DNA of 64,000 bases from Eledone cirrhosa (GCA_964016885.1 OZ024753.1:2852001-2916000); one strand, 5' to 3'. Counted from the stretch's first letter, positions 25,705 to 40,386 are shown. The notes: generated from the sequence alone by a model not told the origin. Made by a program: numbers and translations.

Positions 25705-27239
25705 TTGTAATATATATATATATATATATATAGCAAGTGACTTCAAGCAATATATGGAGTGCAGTTAAACAAAATTCAATTTAATCTCTGAGTATAAACA
25801 AAAGAGATATTGTATGTTTTATTTACTAATTCACCTTTGTTTAGATGTTATGTCCGTTAGTAATAATATTCTGACTTGTAGAAACACTTAAATATTCTGA
25901 ATAAAACAAGAAAAGATGCAGGCAAAAAGAATCAAAAAATACTTTAGTCTTGGAACATTAGAAACAACTTCTGTTCTCCCTTTGAAAACAAATTTGATTG
26001 TCACACTAAAGAATATTTTTACTCTGTCTTAATTTTCACTTTTATTTTATTTGTTTTTCCTCTTTTCCCATAGTTTGAGGGGAATATAAAATCAAAGAAA
26101 TATTTTGTAAAATACTGTAAGTAGATTAATTATTTCACTTCAGCTCTCAACATTTTTAACAATATTTGTAAAGACTGGTAGTATTTTCAATTCTTTCCAC
26201 CATACCACACATAATGTTCTCTGTGTGCGTGTGTGTGTGCCTGTCATTCTGTATGTGTGTATGTGTATATGTATTTATATGTATGTACAATGTGTATTTA
26301 TATGTATGTACATGTTTGAGTGTGTGTATGTATCTATGCATATGTGTTCAAATGTATGTTCATATTTGTGTTTGTGTGTGTGTGTGTGTGTGAATGTATG
26401 TATCTATGCATACATATTTGTATGTATTTATGCATGCATGTTATATTGAAGATATCCTAGACATTTTTTATTAATATAGAATTTACATATTTCCTTAGTC
26501 CTTTATATTTAACTTCTAGTTGCTTTTTTTGACTCCATAATTATCTTGTTACAGTATTTCTAATAAAAGACACTACTCATATGTTTCAAATGATTTTGAA
26601 AACAACCAAGAATTTAGATGGCTTTAGTAAAATACTTAACATTCTCATTATTAAACTAGTGTTTGGAGCATAACAAAGCTTCTTGCATAAAATTATGGAG
26701 GAAAGTTTTAATTTAAATATAGATAATGTAAAATGAAAGACTTTATATCATAGAATCATGGGGTGGGTGGGGGTGGGTGGGCTTCAGATGGGTTGTTATT
26801 AAAAGGGTTAACTTCTCAAGACCTTCTAGATCTCATCTTTTGAATGAAACTCTTGTTGTGACGTTGTTACTGTATTGTCAGCAAGTGAGCATAGGAATAT
26901 TGTTGTAACTCACATTATCTTCTTAGTTATTTCCTTATAGAAGAAGAAGAAGAAGAAGAAGAAGAAGAAGAAAAGAAGAAGAAGAAGAAAACGAAAAAGA
27001 AGAAGAAAACGAAAAAGAAGAAGAAGAGCACTGTTTTGTATTTTTCATGAATGTCTTGCTAATGTGTTTTTATGTGGTACAGGATATTAAGAATTAAAAA
27101 AACCTTCTGTAAATAAACTTTTAGCTGTTTATGATATTATAATATTACATGGGAAACAAAACTAAGGATTCTTTATTAAGAGCTAAATACAAACCAAACA
27201 TCCCTATAAGATACATTTCATGAAATAAATGATTGGGGA

Positions 27240-27545
27240 AGATGTGGAGGAAAAAGAACTGATGCAGTACAGAAATCCCTGCTAAAAATAGCACAAGATC
27301 GCAAGCTGGAGGATTTTGGACATGTAGTGAGACACCCCAAGTATTTGATACTGGTGAGCACTATAATACATGAACATATGCCAGGTAGTAGGGGAAGAGG
27401 GTGTTCTAGAAGGTGTTGGATGAGTGACATCTGCAGATGGACCAACAGGAATCCTTGGGAGGTGATCAGAATGTCGAAGGACAAGACTGCTTGGAGGAAA
27501 TTGCAGAAAGCATCCACATATGCTTGGTGCCTATGATGTTGATGA
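27240..27545 (+). mobile_element. RTE-clade LINE 3' fragment
   Basis: Reads RKLEDFGHVVRH...GSRGRGCSRRCWMSDI...DKTAWRKL followed by a TGA-rich tail. Confidence 0.75.
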
Positions 27546-27552
27546 TAATGTA

Positions 27553-27882
27553 TGTATGGTCCCGTAACTCCTGATAGAGTCGTACGGGCACTGTATTGAC
27601 ATACTGTGTTTCTAGGGCATTTTATCCCTGCTGGAGCCCATCCCTCTCCAGGCCTGAGTACAGCAAATTTCTTCCAGAGAAAGATAGAAAGTGAGAGAGA
27701 GGAAACGAGAAAGAGATATAGAGGAAGAATCGACCCCAGTACTAGACTGGTATTTTTTTTTATCGAAAGGATGAAAGACAACGTTGGCCTAGGCGGGATT
27801 TGAACTCAGAGAGCAAAGGGCCAGAATAATTACCATAAAGCATTCTATCCAATGTTCTAATGACTCTGCCTATTTGCCGCCT
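27553..27882 (-). mobile_element. Deu/Nin-like SINE variant with an extended 3' region
   Basis: SINE core at 27730-27810, joined to a region homologous to 20570-20720 and 52754-52925. Confidence 0.7.
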
Positions 27883-28377
27883 CTTGTTGATAATAATATT
27901 ACCAGTTAAAACATCATTCCCATGATACCTTGCTGTTTACTATGCTTACTTCATTTAGAATATGAGGCTGAGAAGGTTGTGAAATATTAATGAACTTAAA
28001 ACGTTATTGTTTCCAAACTAAGCATAAAGAACTAAGGCAATATGAAAATATTTTAATAAAAAATAATTAAACTTAAACACACTTATGTCTTTAATATAAC
28101 AGACTTTAAAAGGCTTCTATCTCATTCTGTCCGTCTCTCTCTCTTTCTACATACACACACACACAGATATATATCCTAAGGAAACATGGAAAGACGGATG
28201 TAAAATAGCGATGTTATATATGTATATAAACACACATACCCATACACATACATATCTATTTTCACTACAAACACACAAACACACACAAAACGTAAACAGA
28301 AATAACTGACAGTACAATGAAGCAACTGACAAGCAACTGACAGTACAATGAAGAAATATATTATTTTTATGCTTGAT

Positions 28378-28650
28378 GAAGGCGCATGGCTTAGTGGTTA
28401 GAGGATTGGGCTTGCAATCGAAAGGTTGTGAGTTCAATTCTTGGACCGGGTGATGTGTTGTTTCCTTGAGCAAGACACTTTATTTCACATTGCTCCAGTT
28501 TAATCAGCTGTAGAAATGAGATGATAGGACTGGAGTCCCTATCATTCCACTGCAAAGTGGTCGTGGAGGTGCCATGGAAAAAAAGCACCCAGCACTCACT
28601 GTAAATGAGATTGGTGTTAGGAAGGGCATCCAGCTGAGGAAATCAAGCCT
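28378..28650 (+). mobile_element. Composite SINE: tRNA head, CORE/V-like domain and Meta-like domain
   Basis: GGCGCATGGCTTAGTGG..GAGTTCAATTC..CCTTGAGCAAGACACTT..GTTGGTGTTAGGAAGGGCATCCAGCTG. A full inverse copy lies at 51925-52270. Confidence 0.85.
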
Positions 28651-29784
28651 ATCTCTTTCATTTATGAATAGAAACCGAAGTTTCTGTGGTAAAACACCAA
28701 CAGAAAAATCAATTCTTTCTTGTAAAGTGTGAAAAAAACTATTGTACTCAATGGCAACAGATACAGCCAGATATAGGAAAAATGTTGGCAATATTCACAG
28801 AAATAATTCGGTCTTATTCTTTTGATCACTAATGTTATAATATCTTTGAACTTGTTACGTGAAAAGATATTTAGAAATGATGCAACAAAGCCTTTGAAGA
28901 TAAAAGATCATCTTCAGATGATGCATTCAGATAAGTTAAACAAATATTTTCATTTTTTTAAGACACTTGTTTGGAAAATGTCCAGCATTCATTTCTTTTC
29001 TTAAGCCATCACCCTGTATGTAAAGAGGAAACTGAGGCCTTTGACAATTAAAACAACTGCCTCATAGAATTGGTGACATTATTCATATACATATAGTAAA
29101 GGAAGTTCTAAAAACTTTTATTAAAAGGGCTTCTCACCATAACAATTTGATAATATGCTGTATTGCAATATCTATAATACTGCAGAAGATGGTAAACAGA
29201 TCAGAACTTCCCTCCAGTAGATCATAGCATGATTTAAAATCAGAATACAATGAGCCAAAGTTCTTCAGTAAAAATAATAAAAATGCAATTGTCAGCAAAA
29301 GAGAAAAGAAAAGGATGAAAGAGAGGAGATGTGGCAGTAAGAGATGGTAATAGTTACGCATGGAGTTGTAGGAGTGGTGCAGTTCTTGAGCATTTCTTGG
29401 GCAATTCTTAAACCTGGATGAGCCCATGTATGTACACAGATATGCCAAAGCTAAATTTTATCTTTAAGTTGAGCTAACTTATACAGCTTCATATACAAAT
29501 GAGGATAATTAGCCCATCTACACATATGAAAAAAACTATATATTTTCGCCTGTTTCAAGTTCCAGCAGAGAGCAAGGGGAAGCACTGTCCTGATAAAACT
29601 CAGAGCTCAAAATGCAGAGACAGTTATCCTCTGCTGCTTCTGTTGGAATCTGCTAGATGGCACTGGCTGCCAGCCTTTCAATTCATAGCTTGGCTTTCAA
29701 AATGTTTATTTATTAAACATACCATATGTCTTTAGATATATGAAACTCTCTCTCTCTTTCTCTCTCACACACACACACACACAA

Positions 29785-29850
<66 letters not shown>

Positions 29851-29911
29851 ATATATATATATATATGCAACCATGGAAAAGTGAACTTAAAAACGAAGAT
29901 GATGATGATAA

Positions 29912-29945
<34 letters not shown>

Positions 29946-30879
29946 GAAAAGTATAGAAAATATTGTAGCAAGAAGCCAACAGTATTCCATAATATATATA
30001 AGTGACTATAGCGTCAAAATGGGAAAATAGTTAACGTAAGATGTGGGAAAAATAATTCAAACTCAATTCAAAAAGAATATATATATATACAGTAATGCTG
30101 ATTTATATATAGTCATCTTGAGAATTTAGTCTATAACTGTCATCTTTATAATCATTTTATTCATTATACAGATAAACCTTGATTATTCGAATGAGATGAA
30201 CACGGGAGCATTTTGTTTGGATAGCTGATTATTCGGATAACCGATCTGATTGTAAACAAAATAACTCAAGCTGATCATAATTACATAAAAAACAAGTCAA
30301 CAAATTTCTTGTATCATTCAATCAATAAAATGTGCTCTTGTTCAAACTCAAATGATTTTTCCACCAAAATCCAGACACTCTAAAATCTTGCTTTACTGTT
30401 CAGTTCACAAATATATTCCCAACCTCTTAACATACATGGCAAATATATCCAACTAAATTATATGTAATAGATTGATACACAGAACAATGTTTTAAATCAT
30501 ACACTATATCAGTTATATTTAAGTGTTAAAATTATTTGAACACTTTAACTATTTCCATACCAACCTATCCAAAAGTACCTCTGGTTCGGTGAAAAAAAAA
30601 AAAAAAAAAAAAAAAAATCACCATTTTCAAGGGTCTCTATTTAAAATATAACCTTCGAAGATATTTTCATTTTGGCTAGGTTACAAATACCATTTTGATA
30701 ATGAAATAATTACTTGAGTAAATCCCTCCAAATTCTTCAATAATTAATTCAACACTGTGTATTACATTAGAAATATGATAAGAATCGTGTTAACAGATCA
30801 TTTGAGTTATAACTGGCTGACCAATCACCACAGAACAATTGATAGACATTATTGTCACACTAGTGTCTGTAACACATCA

Positions 30880-31064
30880 TTAACCCTTTAGCATTTACAT
30901 TACTATATATCTACTATTATATTTTCAGGGTAAAGGCTTTACTTCACATAATTATCACACATAATATCGAATCTATGAAAATTTGATATTATTTATTTTG
31001 AGAACAATACCTTAACATCAGTATGAGTGGCCAGTTACAGCCAGTTTAAATGCTAAAGAGTTAA
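30880..31064. mobile_element. piggyBac-type MITE, family A (internally deleted)
   Basis: TTAACCCTTTAGCATTTAC...AATGCTAAAGAGTTAA. Confidence 0.8.
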
Positions 31065-31174
31065 TATAATGTCTTTATATAGTCTTTAGTAATTTGAATT
31101 CACTTTTAATCAGAGTAAACAGAAGATAAAACACTAGCACTAATACTATTCTCAAATTTGGGTAATATTCAATA

Positions 31175-31526
31175 TTCACCAATTGCACCTCTCAAAGGCG
31201 ATGGCACAGGACCATAACTTCTGGCGTCACACAATAATACAGAGGATCCGACTCCCCATGGGTACAAACTGAAGCTGAAGCATATAGACAATATGGCCCC
31301 TCCCACTGCAAAGTGGTCGTGTAGGCGCCACGGAATAAGAGCACCCAGCACTCACTGTAAATGAGGTTGGTGTTAGGAAGGGCATCCATCTGTAGAAATC
31401 AAGCCAGAATCAGTTCCCGTATGAGCAAGACAAGGGCATCCAACTGGACACTGCCCACAACTGGACAACCCGTCTAACCCATGCTAGCATGGAAGAGCGG
31501 ACGTGAAATGATGATGATGATGATGA
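31175..31526 (+). mobile_element. Meta-like SINE with an RTE-type tail
   Basis: GGTTGGTGTTAGGAAGGGCATCC..CCCATGCTAGCATGGAAGAGCGGACGTGAAAT(GAT)n. Confidence 0.8.
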
Positions 31527-32240
31527 TTCACATGACCATAGAATTTTGTTTGGATAATCCAAATTTTAGATGACTGAATTTTGAATAATCAAGGTTTTAC
31601 CATACATCTTTCGATCTCTGCAGCTGTTCTCACATGATTCCTCCCAGAAGAACTTTCCACTATTCTTGTTTATTTGTATTGTAATTATATTTCAGGCTCA
31701 TATGTAATTTTTCAAAATGTTCATACCTTCTCATTCTAGGTATACCTATAAAACATATTTATGAATAAATACTCTTTCTCCTGTGAATTTCTCTGACAGG
31801 ATGATTCAACAGTCTCTTCCACGGTGCCAATAACATAAAGGTTGTCATTTCTTATGTACACTAGCTATGGTAACTAAACTACAATACCATGTATTCAGAA
31901 GATTAACAGACATGTAAATAGAGTGACTAAGAGAGAATTAATGCTTTTGTGAGAACTAAATTTGAGCAATATCCAACAAGCTTGCAATAAAGCTCTTTCA
32001 GCCATGGAACAAACATTTTCTCTCGAGGTTATACCTGGAATATTAATTTACAGCTAGGCTATGTGTATATTCCTGTATGGAAATGATGAATTAAATGCTC
32101 TATTGTGTATTATGTCATTTTTCTCATGCAAAATTACACAGATAGATGGATACAATTATATAAATAGACATACATATATCATCAGCATCACCATTTAATA
32201 TCTATTCTCCTTTCTGGCAACACACACACTTATATGTATA

Positions 32241-32380
32241 TAATTGTTTCTACGTTAGGCACAAGGCCAGCAATTACCCAGTGTATTACTGGTACTTTAT
32301 TTTATCGACCCCGTAAGGATGAAAGGCAAAGTTAACCTCGGCGGGATTTGAACTCAGACCATAAAGGGCCGTAACTCTAA
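32241..32380 (-). mobile_element. Deu/Nin-like SINE
   Basis: Reverse complement of the core and tail. Confidence 0.9.
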
Positions 32381-32404
32381 CTTATATGTATATAATAGTG
32401 TATA

Positions 32405-32712
32405 ATTAGAAATAAGAGGGATCAGATGTTGTTTACTCGAGAGAAGGCTACGTTGGTATGGTCACGTGATGCGCATGAAAGACGACAGCTGTATAAAAAA
32501 GTGCAGGGCAATAAAAATAGATGGTAGCCACGGAATAGGCAGACCCAGAAAAACCTGGGACGACCTGATAAATTCCGACCTCACACACCTCTCCAAGACA
32601 ATGTCACTGGACCGAGATCTTTGGCGGTACTCAGTAATAGAGAAGACCTGCCTTACCTAAATACAAAGTAAAACCTACTACAGTCAGTAGGCATCTCTAA
32701 CAAAATACACCC
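32405..32712 (+). mobile_element. RTE LINE 3' fragment (near-identical to 58941-59227)
   Basis: Reads [39 protein letters not shown]. Confidence 0.9.
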
Positions 32713-32717
32713 TTAAT

Positions 32718-32867
32718 AACATGTACAAAAATTGATGTTAGCAAAGCCTGCTTTCTCCGTTTTGGATTATCAAAACATTTGTTATTTTTTTCCGTTAAAA
32801 CTCCTGCATGCTGACTCTCTAAAATCAAGAAAGCAGGCTTTGGCAACATCAATTTTTGTACATGTTC
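32718..32867. repeat. ~40-bp inverted repeat pair (MITE-like hairpin)
   Basis: AACATGTACAAAAATTGATGTTAGCAAAGCCTGCTTTCT / AGAAAGCAGGCTTTGGCAACATCAATTTTTGTACATGTT. Confidence 0.8.
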
Positions 32868-32977
32868 TAAACATCCTTTATATATACCAGGTCTGCTTTT
32901 CAAAGCCTCTTTTTTTTCATCATTTCCATTATATAACGTGATCTGTATAGAATTTTTTCTAACACCTACACTTTATT

Positions 32978-33015
<38 letters not shown>

Positions 33016-33229
33016 TATATATATTGTGTTTTGAGGCAATTTTCCAAAGCATTGTAATATGACTTCAAATGATTAAAAAGCCTGAAAAATGCATAAAAAG
33101 AATTAAAATGTAATTATTTTTATGCCCTGTTAGACTTACACACACACACGCGCATACATACACACACATATATATATATATATACACATATACATACATA
33201 CACATATATATATACACATATACATACAT

Positions 33230-33260
<31 letters not shown>

Positions 33261-33369
33261 CACACATATACATACATCCACACACACACACACACAAATA
33301 TATATACACATATATATACATACATACACATACACACACACACATATATATATACACATATACATACAT

Positions 33370-33428
<59 letters not shown>

Positions 33429-34200
33429 GTAGGAGGTGAGTTTATTGTAGTACAATAAATGCACATAATAAAATACATGGAACTCTTTTAACCATCTTTT
33501 GTTCTTATATATTATATATATATATATATATATGCAGATAAACGTATATATGGATACATTATGAAAGGAATAAACATACACACTTAGATACACATACTTA
33601 CACTAGCAGAAAACCATCCATTTTCCCTCTAGTAAGGGTTGGATGGATTATCATAGATCAAGTCACTAGTTAATCAGAGTCATTGATCTCCTTGCCGATG
33701 GGGCAAGGATCTCAGCTTGCTAAAATGTGATCCTGCATTTTAAAGAATGCATCAGGTGTATTTTATCATGACACATGCAGATATATGCATAGATAAACAC
33801 ACACACACACATATATATATATACGCACATATACATACATATTCATACATACACACATGAACACACACCCAAATGTATATACATACTTCTTTATTCATAC
33901 ACACAAGAACACACACACATACAAATATATATATATATATACCTTTTTGTATGACAAATATATGAACAGTACGACCTATGTACAATAATATCACTTGCGA
34001 ATATCACAATTTGAAAACAAGAATTCCTTTTAAGTGTGTTTGAATCTAAAAACACAAAGTATGGTGGAGAATTCCTACAATACTAGTTACCCAAAATTTT
34101 ATGGAAAATTTTAAAGAATGCCACAGTATTTTGATATTGTGAAACTAACAGCAAAGCTTCAATGATGTTTAATTTTCACAAGTGAAGCTTATTCACTTAA

Positions 34201-34257
<57 letters not shown>

Positions 34258-34452
34258 GGCTCTATTGATTTTTCCCTGAATTTCACTAAATTCTGTTGGA
34301 TGAATCTATATCCTGATTCTTTTTGAATTGAGTTTGAATTAGTTTTCCCACATCTTACGTTAACTATTTTCCCATGTTGACGTTATAGTCACTTATATAT
34401 TATGAAATACTGTGTGCTTCTTGCTCATAATAATTTCTATACTTTTCATTTA

Positions 34453-34483
<31 letters not shown>

Positions 34484-35169
34484 CATCATCAGCGTTTAAT
34501 GTCCATTTTTCTTTGCTTGCATGGGTCAGATGGTCGAAGGGTACAAAGGATACTATACAAATTGCTAGAAGTAGGAACCAAAATTCCCTTGAAAATATAT
34601 TTCACTAGCTTAAAGAAGGGAAGGACAGAACAGATAATGGAGTGTTTGATATATTTGCTATATTGTCTAAAATTAATCTGATACAGTCATTGCTGTATTG
34701 CTAATAATATAATTTTGCTTGATTAAATTTGAAAGCTGACAAATCTAGAGCTGATTCTTCTTATAGTAGTGATTCTTACCTCCTACTGTGATCATTTATA
34801 TTTGTATATCAGGAATGAACAGAAAGCAATAGAAGCAACAAACTAAGAACACTCATGATTCAAGTGGTAGTGTTGTACTGTATCAAATTGAACATCTACA
34901 GTTTTTAAGTTTACATATTCTTGTGGGGAGAAAACCCTGAATACCCCCGCATAACTAAAAGTGGACTAAGCAAAACTCTATAAATAAGAACTGAAGTGAA
35001 CTGTCACGGGAACTGTGTGTATGGAGTCTCATTGTAGTCTCTTGTTGGTAGTTCAGAATTACGCCTGGTGAATACCTTGGGTTTTACCCTTCTTACGTAC
35101 AGATATACAAACAGGTGTGTCACACCATCATAACACATACACTTCTTCTATGCTTTTTATGATTTCATA

Positions 35170-35500
35170 CCAGCAAGTAACTGCACAGGCATGCCACACA
35201 GCTACACATAAATGCATACACAAACAGGCTACTGTGCAGGCATGTATTACAGCTACACATACACTAACAGGCTACTGTGCAGGCATGTATTACAGCTTTA
35301 TATAAGTTTATGCACTAACAAGCAACTGTGCACACATGCAATACAACTGCACATAAATGTATACATTACTTTGCAGATATGCAATGCTGCTACATGTAAA
35401 TATATGTATTAACAGGTTACTGTACAGATAAGCAATACAGCTAGAGTTAAATGCTAACAGGCAACTCTGTAAACATGTAATACAACTGCACATGTAAACA
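35170..35500. repeat. Degenerate ~45-50-bp tandem repeat
   Basis: Recurrent AACAGGCTACTGTGCAGGCATGTATTACAGCTACACAT-like units. Confidence 0.7.
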
Positions 35501-36894
35501 TAAAACAGCTATAGAATATTATTGATATATATGCTGAAGTGAATGTGGTTAGCAACTTTGAAAGAGAAAAAGAAAGAGAATGAGAGAAACATTGTATGTG
35601 TGTCAGAGAGGGAGAGAGAAACATTGTATGTGTGTCAGAGAGAGAGAGAGAGGATGAAGAGAAGAGAATAAGAGTGGAAAAGATAAAGTGATAGTGTGTG
35701 TGTGAGAGTGAACAAAAATAAGAAGAGAGTAAGAGGGAAATTTAGGAAATATGTTGATTAGTATTGATTTAAAATATTGGCACAAGACCATCAATTTTAA
35801 AGGAAGGAACAATTGATTAAATCAACCCTATTACTTGATTACAAATCTGGAAGGTTGAAAGGTCAAGTTTAGTTCGGCAAAATTTGAACTCAGAACATAA
35901 CTTAGGACATTTTGTTTAATTCTTTGCTGAGCTAATGGTCACTATCTTCCTTTAGCCATTTCTTGACCATATTCTAAATGAAATACATTGCTTGTGTGTT
36001 TTATTAATTTCCAAGATGATCAAGAATTTGACAGGGATTTATTAAAATAATTAATATTTTCATTATAAAGCTGTTGTTTGGGTCGTTGTCATTGTTATTT
36101 AAATTAGAGAAAGGTTAAATTTAAATACGAACACATTAAAATAGTCAGTTTTGTACCATGTAACCAGGGGTGGTCTTAGGCAGGTTAGTATCAAAATGTT
36201 GAAATTACATTCAACCTAGCAAATTAAAATGGAAATCAAAAAATTAGCAATGGTTTGCATTAGCAAAAATAATTTAAAAATTTTGATACCAACCTACATA
36301 AAACCATCCAGACTTTATGATACAAAACTATTCATTTTAAAATGTTTATATTTATATTAAATCCTTCCATCATAATTCTATTTTAAAAGATTTCTAAATA
36401 GTTATGTTCTAAATATCACCTTACAAATGAAACAATTAGTTATTTTATTAAAATCCTCCAAATATTTGATTATTTTCGAAAGTAATTGAAACACATAGGC
36501 AATGTATTTCATTACAAATACGATAATGAAAGGGTTAATAAAGTTATTTAATTTGAATAATCCCCTGGGCATATGAATTACCCAAATGTGTGGATATAAC
36601 AAGGAAGAAAATAAACAGTTTTAAGTACACAACACCGCTAACCATTTTCCTTTGTTTTCTATATAAACACTGCTACTCATTTCTCATAGTTTTCTTTGTC
36701 AACATTTAAATTATATATGTAAATATATTATCAATATTAACATTATTGTCAAGCAATTAGTAGTAAAATTATTTTGTAATTAAATTGTAGATGTGTCTAT
36801 AGTGAGCTGTAACAGATGTAAAGAGGGAATGGGCATAGGAGGATAGGACTATGGTGTTGGTGTGTGAAATATCATCATCATTATAACAGCTTTC

Positions 36895-37185
36895 AGGTTA
36901 GAGTGTCGGGCTTAGAATTGTGAGGTTGTGAGTTGGATTCTCGGACCAGGCTTTGCGTTGTGTTCTTGAGCAAGACACTTTATTTCACGTTGCGACGTCA
37001 CTGGTGCCAGGCTGTATCAGCCTTTGCCTTTCCCTTGGGCAACATCGGTGGCATGGAGAGGGGAAACTGGTGTGCATGGGTGACTACTGGTCTTCCACAA
37101 ACCACCTTGTGTGGACCTGTGCCTCGGAGGGGAACATTCTAAGTGCAAATCCAATGGTCATTCATGAGCAAAAGGGGTCTTTATC
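36895..37185 (+). mobile_element. CORE/V-like SINE
   Basis: GTGTTCTTGAGCAAGACACTTTATTTCACG core. Confidence 0.85.
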
Positions 37186-37207
37186 TTTATATATATATAT
37201 ATATATA

Positions 37208-37467
37208 TCATCATCATCATCATCATCATCATCAACGTTTAACGTCCGTGTTCCACGCTTGCATGGGTTTGGACGGGGGTTTTCCCACTTGAGGCAAGAG
37301 TGATTGTCTTGCTCGCATAGGACTGTCTGGCAGGTTTTCTACAGTTGGATGCCCTTCCTAACACCAACCACATTTACAGTGTGGGTCTGGGAGGTTTTTA
37401 CCGTGTTGCCTACATGGCCACATTACAGCGTGGACTGTGTGTTTTTTTGTCGTGACACCTACACGAT
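37208..37467 (-). mobile_element. Young Meta-like SINE (near-identical inverse of 59320-59575)
   Basis: The pseudo-ORFs 37304..37501 and 59271..59483 translate almost identically. Confidence 0.85.
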
Positions 37468-38279
37468 ATATACACACGATATATACACACAAACACATTA
37501 AAGTAATAATTGATTCTTTTTTTCAGGCATTCCTATGTAAAAGCTTCTAAAACATCCTAGTATACTGTTGCCTATATGTATGTAGTATGCAAACACATAG
37601 TACATACACTTCATCATTGGTTACCAACACATATAATCCACTTATTTTAAAACCTTTATATATTACCTGATTTTATTTGCTAGTAATAGATTTCTTGGTA
37701 CGTCTTCAGCCAGCGATCATCATCCATGTGCATCACAAGCATCATACACTCATCCTTTTGTACATCAAGAGAAACTTATGCAGCCATTTTAAATCCATTG
37801 TTGTTTGAAGCCCTAGAAACTATACAGTTTTTATGTCTACCTGTCCATGCATGCCACGTGGGGATTGCAGAGGTTGCTTCTATGATCAATTAATAAGCCC
37901 TGACCATTAGTATCTAGGTAGAAGTTAAAAGTAGGATACAGATGACTAGAACAAATTATGCAAATTTTCTTGTCCAATTTTTGGACAATTTTGCCATAGT
38001 AGGATTTGAATTAAAAACACAATTAACCAGAATGAATGTCTCAAGAATTCTATCCAGTGCTACAACTCTACCAATTCACTGCTTATATATATATGTATGT
38101 ATCGCTATATATATAAATATATGTTTGTATATATATATATTTGTATATATATATATATGCATATATATATATATATATGTTTGTTTGCATATATATATAT
38201 ATATATATATATGTTTGTTTGAATATATATATATATATATATATGTGTTTGTTTGCATATATATATATATATATTTGTT

Positions 38280-38318
<39 letters not shown>

Positions 38319-38677
38319 CTATCTATCTATCTATCTATCTATCTGTCTATCTATATGTATGTATGTATCTATTATATATATGTTTGTATATATATATATA
38401 TATGTATGTATATATATATATATAGACACACATGTGCACATACATTAAAAGAGAGGTCTAGAAAGTAGTAATTGAAAATAAGAGACTTAAAAAGACGTTT
38501 GCGAGAGATAGATAGATAGATATTTAGAGGGCTGGGGGGGGGGGGGGGGAAGAGAGAAGTGGTGAGAGGCATATATATTAGAGAAAAAATATCAACCTAG
38601 ATTCTATCAATACCACAATTAGAATAGTTCTGATTTATTGCCAAAAATGGACCAATTAGACTGTTAGCTTAAAATAA

Positions 38678-39496
38678 CATATACACCCACACACATATAT
38701 ACATGCACATATATACATGCACACATATACACACATATATACATGCACACATATACATGCACACGTATACACACATATATACATGCACACGTATACACAC
38801 ATATATACATGCACACATATACATGCACATGTATACACACATATATACATGCACATATATACATGCACATGTATACACACATATATACATGCACACATAT
38901 ACATGCACATGTATACACACATATATACATGCACATATATACATGCACACGTATACACACATATATACATGCACACATATACATGCATACGTATACACAT
39001 ATATACATGCACACGTATACACACATCAATACATGCACACATATATACATGCACACATATACACACATATATACATGCACACATATATACATGCACACAT
39101 ATACAGACATGCACACATATATACACATATACACACACACATATACAGACATGCACACATATATACACGCATACACACACATATATACCCACACACGGTA
39201 CATGCACACATATACACATATATATATATATATATACACACATATATACATATACACACATATACATATACACATATATTCATATGCACACATATACATA
39301 TACACACATATATTCATATACACACACATATATATATATATACACATATATACATATACACACATATACACGCATATATACACACACGCATATACACACA
39401 TATGCACGCATATATACACACACACACACATATACAAACAAACACACACATATACACATGCATACACATATACACACATACACACACACATGCACA
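38678..39496. repeat. Complex (CA/TA) minisatellite built from ATACATGCAC units
   Basis: Visible periodicity. Confidence 0.9.
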
Positions 39497-39878
39497 TTAT
39501 TTATATAATTATTAACAGTATCCTTTTTGTAATTACATCCATTATTATTATTGTTATTTTTGTTGTTATTAATGCAGTGTGACCAGAAGTAATGACAAAA
39601 ACAACAGCAGCAGCAATACAAAAACAAATATATAAAATATAACGTAATAAGCACAAAAAAAAAAAAAATGAAACAGGTATTAGACATAATTAGGGAGATA
39701 TTTCTATGCTTGTTTCGTTTGAATTTTTCCATATTTTGTTTATTTTTCTGTTTTTATTTGTATTTTTCTTTCTTCTTATTTATTCTTTTACTTTTTAAGT
39801 ACATCATAATTTTGAAGCTAAAAATATTATACAACTATGATTTTGGCATCAACTATGAAGCACCAATATAATAAAAAA

Positions 39879-39929
<51 letters not shown>

Positions 39930-40155
39930 ATGTATGTATATATTTTTAAGTTTCAATTAAAAGATATTAATATTAAATAAATGCTATTACTATTATGTCA
40001 TAATGATAGGTTTCGGACTGGGTGCCAATGCCCAAACTGCAAGAGCAGTAAATGTGTAACTAGTCTTATTTTGGCATTGTATTATCTAGTTAGCAAATTC
40101 ACTTTTCTCTGCTTTAATCTAACCAAAATAGATTTACTTTCAATCTATCTAGAGT

Positions 40156-40386
40156 TTAACCCTTTAGTATTTACATTACTCTATATATTTACTATTATAT
40201 TTTCATGGTTAAAGGCTTTACCTCACATAATTATCCCACATAATATCAAATCTATGAGATTTTGATATTATTTATTTGAGAACAATACCTTAATATCAGT
40301 ATGAGCAGCTGGTTACAGATGGTTTGAACAGAAAGAGGTGAGAGAATTCTGGCTAGATATTGCTGGTTTAAATGCTAAAAGGTTAA
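40156..40386. mobile_element. piggyBac-type MITE, family A
   Basis: TTAACCCTTTAGTATTTAC...AATGCTAAAAGGTTAA. Confidence 0.8.

Larger units (their letters stand above)
30167..31603. mobile_element. Tc1/pogo(Tigger)-like MITE shell with nested insertions
   Basis: Imperfect TIRs TACAGATAAACCTTGATTATTCGAA / TTGAATAATCAAGGTTTTACCATA. The interior holds two TTAA MITEs and a SINE. Confidence 0.5.
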
